Shown: positions 34,469 to 45,207 of the stretch, one piece after another
How positions within the stretch are numbered: the stretch's first letter is position 1
Layout of the letters: each line of letters begins with the position of its first letter
Assembly (NCBI GenBank): GCA_963713605.1
Contig: CAVQMO010000001.1
Span: 544,001 to 608,000 of the forward strand
From: an uncultured Nitrososphaerales archaeon
GTDB taxonomy: Archaea; Thermoproteota; Nitrososphaeria; Nitrososphaerales; Nitrososphaeraceae
Length of the DNA stretch: 64,000 bases
Reading direction: 5' to 3'
Translations under genes and position numbers: made by a program
Notes under the pieces: model-generated
What the model saw: the letters and a program-made list of their open reading frames with translations, nothing else
Database searches by the model: none
Told to the model about the DNA's origin: nothing

Positions 34469-34485
34469 TGTCTACACTCTCTTAA

Positions 34486-35263
34486 AAAGGCAACACTAAT
34501 TGGGCACAGTGAAGGTACTAACATACCCCCAAGAGTTGCCGTCGATAACCCAGATAAAGTCAAGAACATAGTCCTAATGTCTCCAGTAGCTGAAAAATGG
34601 CGTGACATGATATATTCCCAGGAAGTTGCATATCCTCTTCGCTATGCTGAAAGTGTATTAGACAAAGCTCATACCGGACAGTTATCAGTGGAGGAGGCAT
34701 CAGGAGATCCTATCTTTCAGGAGTTGGTGGGTGGCAACCTTATACAGCTTCTTCTTACCCAAACCAATTCTACTGATAGTCAGAATGGAACAGCGCAGCA
34801 ACCACTCCCTAAACAAAACAATACCAGTGATGATCTAATTAGTATTGAAGATGAACTTATCTGCACTTGTAACGGCATATGAAAATGATACATCTCCAGA
34901 ACCATCATTGCTGTCAGCCAAATGCATTAACTTCTTTGGCTGCCCCAGCTACGGAAAATCGTTTCTGCTCTGCATAGCGTCATCGGTATGATAGGTAACG
35001 TGTCTTCAAATACCAGTATCCTTATACTCGAAGGAGAGAATGATAGTCAAACCACACCCGGGCAAGCGTTACTACTGCAACAACGACTAACAGAAGTAAA
35101 TCATCCTGATCATCTAATTATTGTCTATCCAGATCTTGGACATGGATTCGTTCCCTCCAATCAATGGGTAACCTCACATGGCCAAATGGAAGAATATGTA
35201 TTTCAGGATATGTTTGAATGGCTCACATCTCCAGCAAGAGAGGTCAATGAACAGGGACGATGA
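34486..35263 (+). pseudogene. Alpha/beta hydrolase paralogue 3, N-terminally truncated and frameshifted
   Basis: Starts abruptly at ATLIGHSEGTNIPPRVAVDNPDKVKNIVLM; later EGENDS, YPDLGH. Confidence 0.85.
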
Positions 35264-35675
35264 AGAAGTCGAGTTTAAATCCAACTGATTAGTCGACTGA
35301 TTAGTCGACGAGTAGAACCATTAATTACACTACCTCTTCCACCAATACTATGTATAAGAGGCTGCAGGAATTTCTAGTATCAAACATCAGGCTCAGGCTC
35401 GGGCAACAACAATAACAACGATAACAACGGACAACAACAACAGTCAGAAAGTCAAGCACAAAGCCAAAGTCAAAGCGTCTGTATACTCTGCACAACAAAC
35501 TAAGCAACGGGTACATGCATACCGTACACCCCTGACTGGTGGGGGACCGTCCAAAATCTTCTAAATTCGTCCAAGATGTTTTAAAGACAGATTTCAAATG
35601 GATTGTCAGAATAGATTTCAAGATTTGTTAACATGTTCATCGTGTTTTTATATTAGAAAAATGTTGTATAACATT

Positions 35676-35965
35676 GTGTCAAGTCGAAAACTATTCCATT
35701 TCGAGTAACAGAGACCGACTTTCATACACTTACAGAGCTTGCCAAACGTCTCCACCAGATGGGGGAGTTAAAACATGATAATCCTCATATGCTTTCCAAG
35801 GAGTATACTTTTGCTTTTGCCAATATCATAATGAAGATGCATAACTGGGTCCAGACTTCAGACCAGGATGAGGCGGTCTTTGCACTAGCCAGAGGAATGG
35901 CCAGCACGTTAAACCCAGGCCAGCAACAACAGCAACAACAACAAGCAGGAATACCAGGACGGTGA
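35676..35965 (+). CDS. RHH-like small protein with poly-Q tail
   Basis: In-frame upstream extension of the 35759 ORF: KSKTIPFRVTETDFHTLTELAKRL; start codon uncertain. Confidence 0.5.
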
Positions 35966-36112
35966 ATGTAAATAGTCGAGGCTAATTGGCAAAGGAAGAC
36001 TGAAAAGACTGGATATAATGACAGATACGATGATTGTTCTGGCTCTAGTATTGGTAGTGATGATAGTGGCTCATCTTCAGACGATGACGATAATGTCCAA
36101 TCGCAAGCTGAG

Positions 36113-36343
36113 CTGGCATTGAATGATTCATAAATAACTATTACGCATAAGAAACATCTTTGAAAAACGGAAGTCAGAAATGAGAAAATCGAAGCAATCT
36201 AGCATAAAACAGGACAAAAAGGGTTTACTGGCCACTGCAGAGAGTAATGCAGTTGTCAAAGAAGGCCAAAGACGACGACAGATGCAAGATGAGCAACAAA
36301 GAAAGGTTAAGGATTTTATGGATAGCATAGAATATCGAGCCAA
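36113..36343 (+). repeat. 231-bp direct repeat copy 2
   Basis: Matches 31619-31849. Confidence 0.95.
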
Positions 36344-36446
36344 GATAGATCCTGATTTAGCGGGCATCTTCGATACCCTCCGAGAAATGAATAATAGAAT
36401 CGAAGAAATCTTGAGCCTACTGAAAAAGACAAGGAAGGGGAAATAG
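36180..36446 (+). CDS. Small coiled-coil hypothetical protein (intact copy)
   Basis: 88-aa ORF; truncated duplicate inside repeat copy 1. Confidence 0.55.
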   Translation: MRKSKQSSIKQDKKGLLATAESNAVVKEGQRRRQMQDEQQRKVKDFMDSIEYRAKIDPDLAGIFDTLREMNNRIEEILSLLKKTRKGK

Positions 36447-37023
36447 CGGTATTCGCTACAACCAGACTAGAATATAGTCACTGAATGGACCGATACCCAT
36501 TGTAATTTAGTTACAGAATGCAGATATTCGCTAAATGGAAGGACGATTTAAGGCCTCCCAACTGATAACTGGACAGATCTAGGCCCATTATTTTCCATCG
36601 AACCCGTGTCAATCTTGTCCCTTTTTATGCATCCTTATAGTTTCCAAGGTTAAAGATTATGAGAATTCAGAAGTGGAATCTTCGCCCTTCGTTTATATAC
36701 ATTGAATTAGCCAGAAACTAGCAGCACTATCCAAGACGTTTAAACTATTATTTGACTATCTTAGACTTCCTGGAAATTTAACTGAGCAGGCCTTTATATT
36801 CATGGAGAACACGGACAGACCCCTCGACGGAGTAGAGAAATGTTCTTGGATTTTGACTTTCAAGCTCAGGGTCAGACAAAAGAACATGCTTCAGGAACAG
36901 TTAAGAACTATTTTGGAGCGGAATAGGGTTTATCTCCATAATTCCTAACTTACTAATCGTTTCTAGTTATGGTCCCTACGTCTCTACAGTTTCTTTAATC
37001 TTGTTCAAGTTTTGATTAAACTT

Positions 37024-37371
37024 TTAGACAAGCGCTTCTAAGTCGTCCAATACTACTTTACCACGAGCCCCAGAGAGTTTGAATACCTTCTCTAAACTAC
37101 TTTGGTATCCTTCTTCCTTCAATTTCTCACGGATGGGGTATGGATACCGACAGGCATCATTTCCATACAATTTTTCCAATTTGATTAAAAGATCGGTTAA
37201 TACAACATCTATTATGAAATCATTCACACTTCCATGGTTGTATTTTTTTGCCATATCTCGTATCCACGACATTTGATATTTCTTAAACTGTAGGCCGTTG
37301 ACAGTTACCAATTCTGGTTCTTTTCTTACCTCTGTCTCCCCCCAATTCATTTTTCGTGCATAGGTTCTCAT
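37024..37371 (-). CDS. Hypothetical protein, possible RHH
   Basis: WIRDMAKKYNHGSVNDFIIDVV. Confidence 0.5.
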   Translation of the reverse strand: MRTYARKMNWGETEVRKEPELVTVNGLQFKKYQMSWIRDMAKKYNHGSVNDFIIDVVLTDLLIKLEKLYGNDACRYPYPIREKLKEEGYQSSLEKVFKLSGARGKVVLDDLEALV

Positions 37372-38659
37372 GGTTAGCTAAAAAGGTTCCTATCGCGTTT
37401 CATGAAGTATAGGAAGATTGCAGGATTGATTTGTCACGTAACAGCCACTACTTGTTTCGTTCTTGTTTGACATTTTACCACGTAAGTTGAATCCTTCGAG
37501 GCGAATTGTTTGTTCAACTTTTGTGATGTCTTTATGGAACGCTAGATGACAACAAGGAAGAGGGACATCTTTGATTATATAGTTAGGTCTTCACTTTTTT
37601 TGCCAAAAGTGTTAAGGATATCTATCAGTAAAAAAATCATCCGTGGTGAACTAAAGACCGATCAAGGGAATTTAAGTCACAAATGAAATTTCATACAAAA
37701 TCCGCTTAACCCCGTATTATTCAATTTCTGTAACTCCATAATTGACAATAACCATTTGCATCGCAACATTCTCTCTTCAAAGAGTTAAATTGGCTCATAC
37801 GAACTTGAAGTCATTATAATATTGTAATACAGGACACCGATACTGTAATTAACAAATTCCTGAGGACAATTTTCTTGCCTATTTAAAAGTAATTTTATTG
37901 AGTACTGCTCATATTGTTGATCTCCAAACCTAATTTTATCGGTGACTGCATTCCCAACTACAAATCATGGTGAAGAAATCTTAGATCAGGCACAATTGAC
38001 CCGACTTCGTAGTCCAAAACGGTTCAATGAGGAGTGCCGTCATCAATGCACTAGGTGTGCAGTACTATTCAGTTGTGATGATGACTATACCCGATACGAG
38101 ATAGGTTTAAGAAAACTATGTGGAAATCCATTTTATTACGGCAAATGCAGGACTTGCAAGATCTAGCATTCACAATCCAAAAATTGAACACCCGCTGACA
38201 ACAGAAAATTGATTAATCGGTTAGGCATGGAACGCTCTTGTAATCTGCGAAGTAATGTCGCTTCAAGATATTGGCTAGGTTGCTTGTTTCGCTTACGTCA
38301 TTAAATTCATTTGTTTTGTTAACTCTTACGCCTAGTGAACCCAGCTCATTTAACCACCATTCATTCTTTTCGTGAAATTCGAGCATAGTAGCCACTAATT
38401 CATTTGACCATAACCACTGAGTGGTTCAGTTTAATAAATATGAGAGTATAAAATAGATTGACACAGATATTAATTCCTGAATTTATTTGAGGGCGGGCGG
38501 ATGCACACCCAAATTTAGCACGCAATAAGAAAATTGCCTTTGAACTTCAATGGATTGGTAATCGAAGAAAGCATGAACTTATTTACGTCTAAATATCCCA
38601 AATAAAGGCTAAGGGCCAAGGAAACTTAGATTAATGTTTCTTTTTTCTTTGTTCGGTTC

Positions 38660-40215
38660 CTTTCATAACTATTGTCTGACTCAGTTCTTTCAAAATCTGA
38701 CTAAAATAGTATGAGCCACCGGTTCCCTTCCCCGTTGTCCCGGATGCCTTCCAACCACCAAATGATTGACAGCCTACCATCGCTCCAGTCGTAGCACCAG
38801 ACGTTTTATTTACGTATACACTCCTGCCTCAATATCTTGGAGGAAAGTCTCAATCTCTCGTTTGTTACCACTGTAAATGCCAGCTGTCAATCTGTACTCA
38901 GATTTATTGCACTGTTCTAATGTCTCATCAAGTTTAGCGTATTCCGCTATAAATAATATCGAAATGAATAGCTCCTCTTTCAATAGGGGATTGTCCTTTT
39001 GGCACGCCTTCAACGATCATTGGTTCAACAAAAAAACCATATTTTAGATCACCATCCTCCCTGATTTTTCCACCAACCAATACTTTCCCGCAACGAGTGG
39101 CCAGTTTTGAGTATTTCCTATATTTGAAATAAGCACTGGAATTGATAAGGGGACCCATAAAGGTCTCGGCGTCAATTCGATTTCCAACAAACAGTTCATT
39201 TGCCCTTTGGATCAACCGTTCGGTAAAATTTATTTAATATTTCTGTGAACATATACACGAGAGGTTGCACTACATTTTTGACCAGAGTATCCAAATGCTC
39301 CTTGAATTATACCTTCTATTGCGTCATCTAGATTTGCAATTGCTGTGACTACTACTGGATTCATTCCGCCCAATTCTGCAATTACGACCATAGATTTCAA
39401 TTTGTTGGATTCATCTAATATAATGTCACCCACAACTTTAGATCGAGTGAAAGCAATTCCTGCTACCATCCCGCTTTGAACGATGGCATTTCCGACATTA
39501 TTTCCGCTACTAGTTATGAAGTTCAGAGCACCTTCAGGCAATCCTGCCTTTATCATGATTTCAGTAAAGAGATAGCCGACACTGGGGTATCGCTGGCAGG
39601 CTTTAAGACTACTGTATTGCCTGTAATTAAAACTCCGGTACACATTCCGATTGTTAGTGCAGCAGTAAAATCAAAAGGCGAAATTACACCCCAGACTCCA
39701 TATGGCTTCATCACACTCTTACTCCTTTCGCTTAGACGGTCCCTATTTGTATCCGCCTCATAACCTCCGTGTGACATCATTTCACCGGAATAGTATCTTA
39801 TGAAATCGATCGCCCGACATTGCCTCAAATCGATTCTTCCCACTTTCAGATGTTATCCATGCCGATAGTCAAATTTCTTGGCTACGATTCTTCCTGCAGC
39901 AGGAGCAAAAATTTTTACACGCTCTTGATAGTCTGTTTTTCTCCAATTCTCAAATGTCTTAGATGCAGAGGTTATTGCGGAGTTGACATGTTCCAAATTT
40001 CCCCTATGGAAGTATCATAGGACTATTCGAGTGTCCAAGGGGGAAGTATGCTTAAATGACTTTACCGACCTAACTCCCTTGCCACCAATCAACAATGGAT
40101 ATTTCCTACCGAGTTGGGATTTGATATGTTCGATCGCATCGTTATACTTATGAAATATTGACTCCTTATTCGACTTCAATAGCTTCCTGAAAGTATCTAC
40201 GTTCTCAAATCTCAA
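38660..40215 (-). pseudogene. Aldehyde dehydrogenase (1-pyrroline-5-carboxylate dehydrogenase-like), multiple frameshifts
   Basis: AIDFIRYY, KPYGVWGVISPF, LKPASDTP, AELGG, AFGYSGQKCSATSR, QSFGGWKASG over 5 or more pieces; motif decay FTRS and GGMN. Confidence 0.85.
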
Positions 40216-40880
40216 ATTAAATCTGAACGGCGAGGCATAAAATCATGGAGATGGACTTGGTTATACTGTACATCGCTAAATAAGGTAACTACTAAACTAC
40301 TCGCTTGCAATTACGAACCGCATTGGTAGTGAAGTGTCACAATAAGGATATATAAGTTATTATTATTATTTTTACCCTGGAATCCTCTGAAAGGAATTTT
40401 CAGTTGGTAAAGATTTTTAGTTCTTGTTACCCATATTAGTCAATCTAATCTATTTCCTAGTGCAAAGTATGAATAATTACACGTGTACGATGCTTTGTAT
40501 TCTCTGAATTAATTAATACTATGTATGAAATAAGGAGAAGGTTGTTGCTCATCATGCCGATCAAATCGCCCTGCCTTCTTGCTGTGCCTCTCATGGTTCA
40601 GGCGGTGTTAACCATATCTCGAAGTAACACGAGCAACATCGAAGCTTGTCTGTTCCGAAAAGGTGATTAGGTGCTAAGAGAAAGCGAGCCTATTCTTAGG
40701 ATGAGGAGAGAGCGACAGCTCTAGCTTGTTCCAATGAATTCTTTAACGGCTGCTTTGGAGCTAATATCCAAAAAGATTAACGATTTACTGATCAGTAAAT
40801 AAAGAATATTTAAATGCTCCAGCGCGGAGTATTATCTAACAGGGCGTCATGCAGTGTCACATCAAGTAGCCAATTTGATC

Positions 40881-41140
40881 ATGGTAATTGGAATTGAGTG
40901 GATAATTATTATCGTTGTAATTGTCTTGCTATTTTTTGGAGTGAAGAAGACACATCAACTAGCTGAGATCATTTGGCAAAGCTTCTGCAGAATTCCAGAA
41001 ATCTAAGATAGAAGCAAATAGAGAAAGATCAAACTGATGCCTATAAATTGGAAACTATAGTTGACACACTGGAGATTGATTATAGTAACAAGAATGATGA
41101 AGATCTTAGAGACGCAATTGGCAAGGGAGTAGGAAAAGCC
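40881..41140 (+). pseudogene. tatA: TatA/E family translocase subunit, frameshifted
   Basis: MVIGIEWIIIIVVIVLLFFGVKK..LA/SFGKASAEFQKSKIEA/KLETIVDTLEIDYSNKNDEDLRDAI. Confidence 0.7.
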
Positions 41141-41556
41141 TGTATATGTCCAAAGAACATCAAGTATTGATAAAGGTTGGCATGATTAAACCCATGGAAT
41201 TAGATCCAATTAAGATAAAGAATAAACAGAATAATTGGGACCTACTGAAATAGTTGCAATAGTCAGTTAGATTTACATAATCATACAAATCGTTAAAGCT
41301 TAAACTAGACCAGCATACGGACAGCAGTTCAGATCTAGGGTTTGCCTTTACCATATTATACTTCTTCTTGATATTTTTTTAAAAATAGTGCCACCATTTG
41401 ACTACAAATATCGAACCACCTTAAGATATTTGGAAGTCCACCGACACATAGAATCATGATCGATTTGAGTTAAATGAAACGATAGTTCAATAACGCGTTT
41501 CTAAAGTTGGTATCGAGGAAAATATATATAAGTACCTACTGATATACCGAAATTAG

Positions 41557-41646
41557 ATGCCGACATCTACAAAAAAGAAAACTGCAGCTCACTCAAAGAG
41601 GAAGAGCACAACTGCAAAAGGGACAAAGGCGAGCAAAGAAAGGTAA
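41557..41646 (+). CDS. Very small Lys-rich basic peptide (29 aa; ~35 aa if one indel)
   Basis: MPTSTKKKTAAHSKRKSTTAKGTKASKER*; TATA-like run at 41521-41532 and T7 tract downstream. Confidence 0.5.
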   Translation: MPTSTKKKTAAHSKRKSTTAKGTKASKER

Positions 41647-42945
41647 GAAATCCAAAAGCAAGTAACGTGTGCCAGACAAATCTTTTTTTGCTTCATGCAA
41701 GGAGTAGAATATTCGTTAGAATATGATACTCTTCTGCAATATTTTTTCAGGCGATGCTAGGTGGTATTAGATTTTACACTATTCGCTAGCTGGCATATGT
41801 CAGCTGGTAATAAAGTTTCATTTAATTTGCTTCCAGTTCGAGTATGTCTGATTTTGGTTGAGAAAAATGTCTTTTATTTAGTTGACCGTAATCCCCGAGT
41901 TCAACTATCAATATGAAAATGGTTTACCACCAATATGTTGTAGCATGACCCAAGAAAAAGTAACCATTAGTTGGTCCTATTTACATCCATCGTTCATGGC
42001 CGTTAACCGGGAATTTTTCCATTACCAAAAAACTTGAATATTCTTCAAACGAATCTCGTGATCCCGTAAACGATAATTCTTGTGCTATTGGATTCTCTGC
42101 AAGCAATCTATTAACAACTTGAATAAGGCAATAAAGAGTCGATAACTGTGTTATTGTAATGCCCGGATACATCATCAAATGGATTATCATATCTTGAAAA
42201 TGTTTTGAATTTTAGATTTGCTTTGTTGTAGGTGCCGAATAGAAAAATCCTTAATTAATTCACCGTAAGCTGATACTCAATTTCTTGCATCCTCGGTTAA
42301 ACTTTTTTTCTGTTTTACGGTTAAAGTAATCCAAATGGATTAGTAGCTTGCAAGATTTTCTCTAGCAAAATCCATCCCAACATAAAATGAAGAAAACGAT
42401 CATATATTGTTCATGGTTCCTTTCGAGGACATAGAGTACTGTTAATCGGTAACAGACGGCCTTGAGTATTTGTAATCTATGGTGTTAACATAGACTTTCG
42501 TCATTTCATACCAAGTTCTTGATTTGGATCAGTATTTAAGCATGATTGATACTAGAATAAAATCTTCATTTGCTCACTATGGTCCCTAAGATTAACCCAC
42601 AGACACATCGACTAGTGGATCCCTAGATTGCGAAATCAAATAGGATTTCTATTTTTGGGTTGACCCTAGTAGCTCGAGTTTCTAATTCTATGGTAGTATG
42701 ATTCCCGAGACGCCGGTTGGTGATTGATTGGGGGAAGTAGCATCACAAAATTGTGGCCGGCTATAATCATATAGGTGGTTCATGAGTCTTAGGACAAAAA
42801 TATTCCACTTTCAATTGAATTATTGCATTGCAGTAGCGAAATAGACAGATTGTATCATGGTCAGTTAAATTTCATAGGCAAGCGTTATTGGAAACAGACT
42901 TACAAGTAATCCTAAAATCTAGGACCCAATTCAGATTGTACACCA

Positions 42946-44103
42946 TTGGCCAACAGACAAGAATTAATTAATGGATTTGCAACTGCGGAAGGAACCAAGC
43001 GATATGTGAAATATGCTGTAAATGAAAAAAGCAGACCTGAGAGCCATTTTCGCATTTTCGATAATCTAAATCTGTCAAGTCTTGGTATGGGAACCTATTT
43101 GGGAGATATCACAGACTACGAAGACGAGGCAATCGAAAATGCGACATACGAATCCATCAAATCTGGAGCAATGAATGTTATCGATACTGCGATCAACTAT
43201 CGAGCTATGAAATCAGAGAAATCCATTGGAAGAGCACTATCGCGCCTTATCAAGGATCGAATTATTTCAAGAGATCACGTTTTTATCTCGACTAAGAATG
43301 GTTACATAACCAATGACGGAGACTTTCCGTCTATAGGAATGATGGAATACATGCAGAAAATGTACATTACTCCTGGGCTTATAAGTCCGAGTGATATAAG
43401 CAGTGGCTACAATGTATTGAATCCTACATACATTGAGAGATGCATAGACAGATCATTATCCAATATGAAGTTGAGCACAATTGACTTGGTCTATGTACAT
43501 AATTCTTTTGAAAGTTGGTATCAGGATGTTTCCAGGGAGGAATTTATGGAAATGCTCAGCAAAGTTTTTCAGGTATATGAGAAATATAGGGCTAGAAATA
43601 AAATACGTTACTATGGAATGGCTACTTGGACTTGCTTTAGAGTACCTGATGATAGCAGTGAATATTTATCACTGGAAGCAGTTGTAAAGCTTGCACAAAA
43701 TGTCAATGAGGACAGTTCAAATAACCATGGCTTTCGGTTTATACAACTACCTTACAACCTGGCATACAACGAACCTTTGCTTTTAAAAAACCAGACTGTG
43801 GGAAACGAAAAGAATCTTTCAATTCTAGAAGCTGCATCAAAGCTTAAGATTGGAGTCTTTACTAGTATTCCTCTTTTTCAAGGGAGGCTCCTTCGCGCCA
43901 CCATTCCTAGTTACAATGAAGCTTTGACCGATCCAGTTGCAAAGATAGTACAAGTGATACGATCAACTCCGTCGGTGATTGCTCCTCTAATTGGTCAAAA
44001 AAAGCCAGAACATGTGGTACAGAATCTCCGGTTAGCAAATGTGCCACCGATGCAGATAGATGAGTTTAAGAGAGCGATCAACATACTCCTAGGCAAGACA
44101 TAA
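42946..44103 (+). CDS. Aldo/keto reductase
   Basis: SSLGMGTY, IDTAINYR..SEKSIG, STKNG, IDLVYVHN, IQLPYN. Confidence 0.9.
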   Translation: MANRQELINGFATAEGTKRYVKYAVNEKSRPESHFRIFDNLNLSSLGMGTYLGDITDYEDEAIENATYESIKSGAMNVIDTAINYRAMKSEKSIGRALSRLIKDRIISRDHVFISTKNGYITNDGDFPSIGMMEYMQKMYITPGLISPSDISSGYNVLNPTYIERCIDRSLSNMKLSTIDLVYVHNSFESWYQDVSREEFMEMLSKVFQVYEKYRARNKIRYYGMATWTCFRVPDDSSEYLSLEAVVKLAQNVNEDSSNNHGFRFIQLPYNLAYNEPLLLKNQTVGNEKNLSILEAASKLKIGVFTSIPLFQGRLLRATIPSYNEALTDPVAKIVQVIRSTPSVIAPLIGQKKPEHVVQNLRLANVPPMQIDEFKRAINILLGKT

Positions 44104-44712
44104 TTACGGATCCGAATAATCCGATGTCCTTTGAAAATATTGGTGAACATCGTTACTTGGGCCTTAACATATTGAATTACAGTCACTTCGCTTACACTAC
44201 AAAGGCTGACGATGATTTTCTGATAACGTATTGTTCATAGGAACTGAACTGAATTTAACTACACTTACTCGGTTAACAGTCTGATTAATTCAGAAAATAT
44301 CTAAGCATGCATTACATTTATTCATTACTTGAAATGACAATGCACAACCTTACTTCCGTATCAAAACCTACAACTCTGATAAGTTTCAATAATATGGAGG
44401 CCATATTCAATTGAAGGTTCTCTTTATGCACGAGTCGTTGATATGTCCCTATCATAAGAAAGCTCCTGTTCGGGAAAGGTCTTCCATCTCATTAACTTAC
44501 CCAATGTGCATTATTTTTGAACAATTAATTTTTAGATATTTCTGTAGGGTCGCAAACATACACAGCCACCTATACACTGGTTCGAATAACGGCGTAGGAT
44601 TCAATAGGAAAATGAAATAAAAATTGTGTATTAAGAGACTTGAACCATGGAGGTGAGACTTCCAGTGTTTAACATACAATAATTAAGCCTCTTCCACCAA
44701 TTTTCTTCTGCA

Positions 44713-45207
44713 TTATTCTTGGGCCTTCCAGCGATTATTGGAATTGTCCCAGCATCTCCTGCAGAGTTGACCATCGATCTTCCACTTAGGTTTAGGATTG
44801 TACCGGAAGAAGGGCATTTTATTACCACAAACCGCACAGTAGTTGATTCTTTTTTCGTATTCCTTGCTTTTCAGGGAATAACAGCGTTTACAAAGGTTTA
44901 GGTTTGTGTCCATGTTCCACTGCCATTTTGGTTTAAGCCATTCTGAGCCAGAACCAATGTCAGCGTTACACATTCCACATTTTTGAGATACCTCTTTCTG
45001 CTCTTCGATCGCGTCCTGCCCTTTCTTCTTTTTACCTACTTCAGAGCGTCCTGAAAATTCCATGGATTTTATAACGTGACAATCTCCGCAGAGCATACCT
45101 CGAATATCCCATTCGTTTCGTGGCTTGTACTTGAATTTTATCAACTCTTTATTGCAAACTGCACAGTGCTCCTGAGCTTTGTTACGTGTCAGCAGTGGAA
45201 ACCACAT
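44713..45207 (-). CDS. Protein with three tandem Cys4 Zn-finger repeats
   Basis: Three C-x2-C..P..W....LC-x2-C units. Confidence 0.75.
   Translation of the reverse strand: MWFPLLTRNKAQEHCAVCNKELIKFKYKPRNEWDIRGMLCGDCHVIKSMEFSGRSEVGKKKKGQDAIEEQKEVSQKCGMCNADIGSGSEWLKPKWQWNMDTNLNLCKRCYSLKSKEYEKRINYCAVCGNKMPFFRYNPKPKWKIDGQLCRRCWDNSNNRWKAQE

Larger units (their letters stand above)
7135..37400. mobile_element. Composite integrated island at tRNA-Lys (decayed proviral/integrative element with cargo); right border approximate
   Basis: tRNA + integrase at left end, att remnants at ~10.1 kb, low coding density, gene fragments, repeated terminase-like tails, internal direct repeats. Confidence 0.7.

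Noticed and set aside
36597..36606. atcgaacccg as a distal attR of the whole island
   Set aside because: Only 8 bp match the tRNA end; compatible with chance, though the position near the island end is suggestive.
10087..36770. CRISPR array
   Set aside because: The repeats are degenerate, protein-coding in origin and irregularly spaced (tens of bp to several kb); no cas genes.
7135..37400. Intact provirus
   Set aside because: No recognisable capsid, portal, terminase ATPase or replication gene; only terminase-like tails and a broken integrase.
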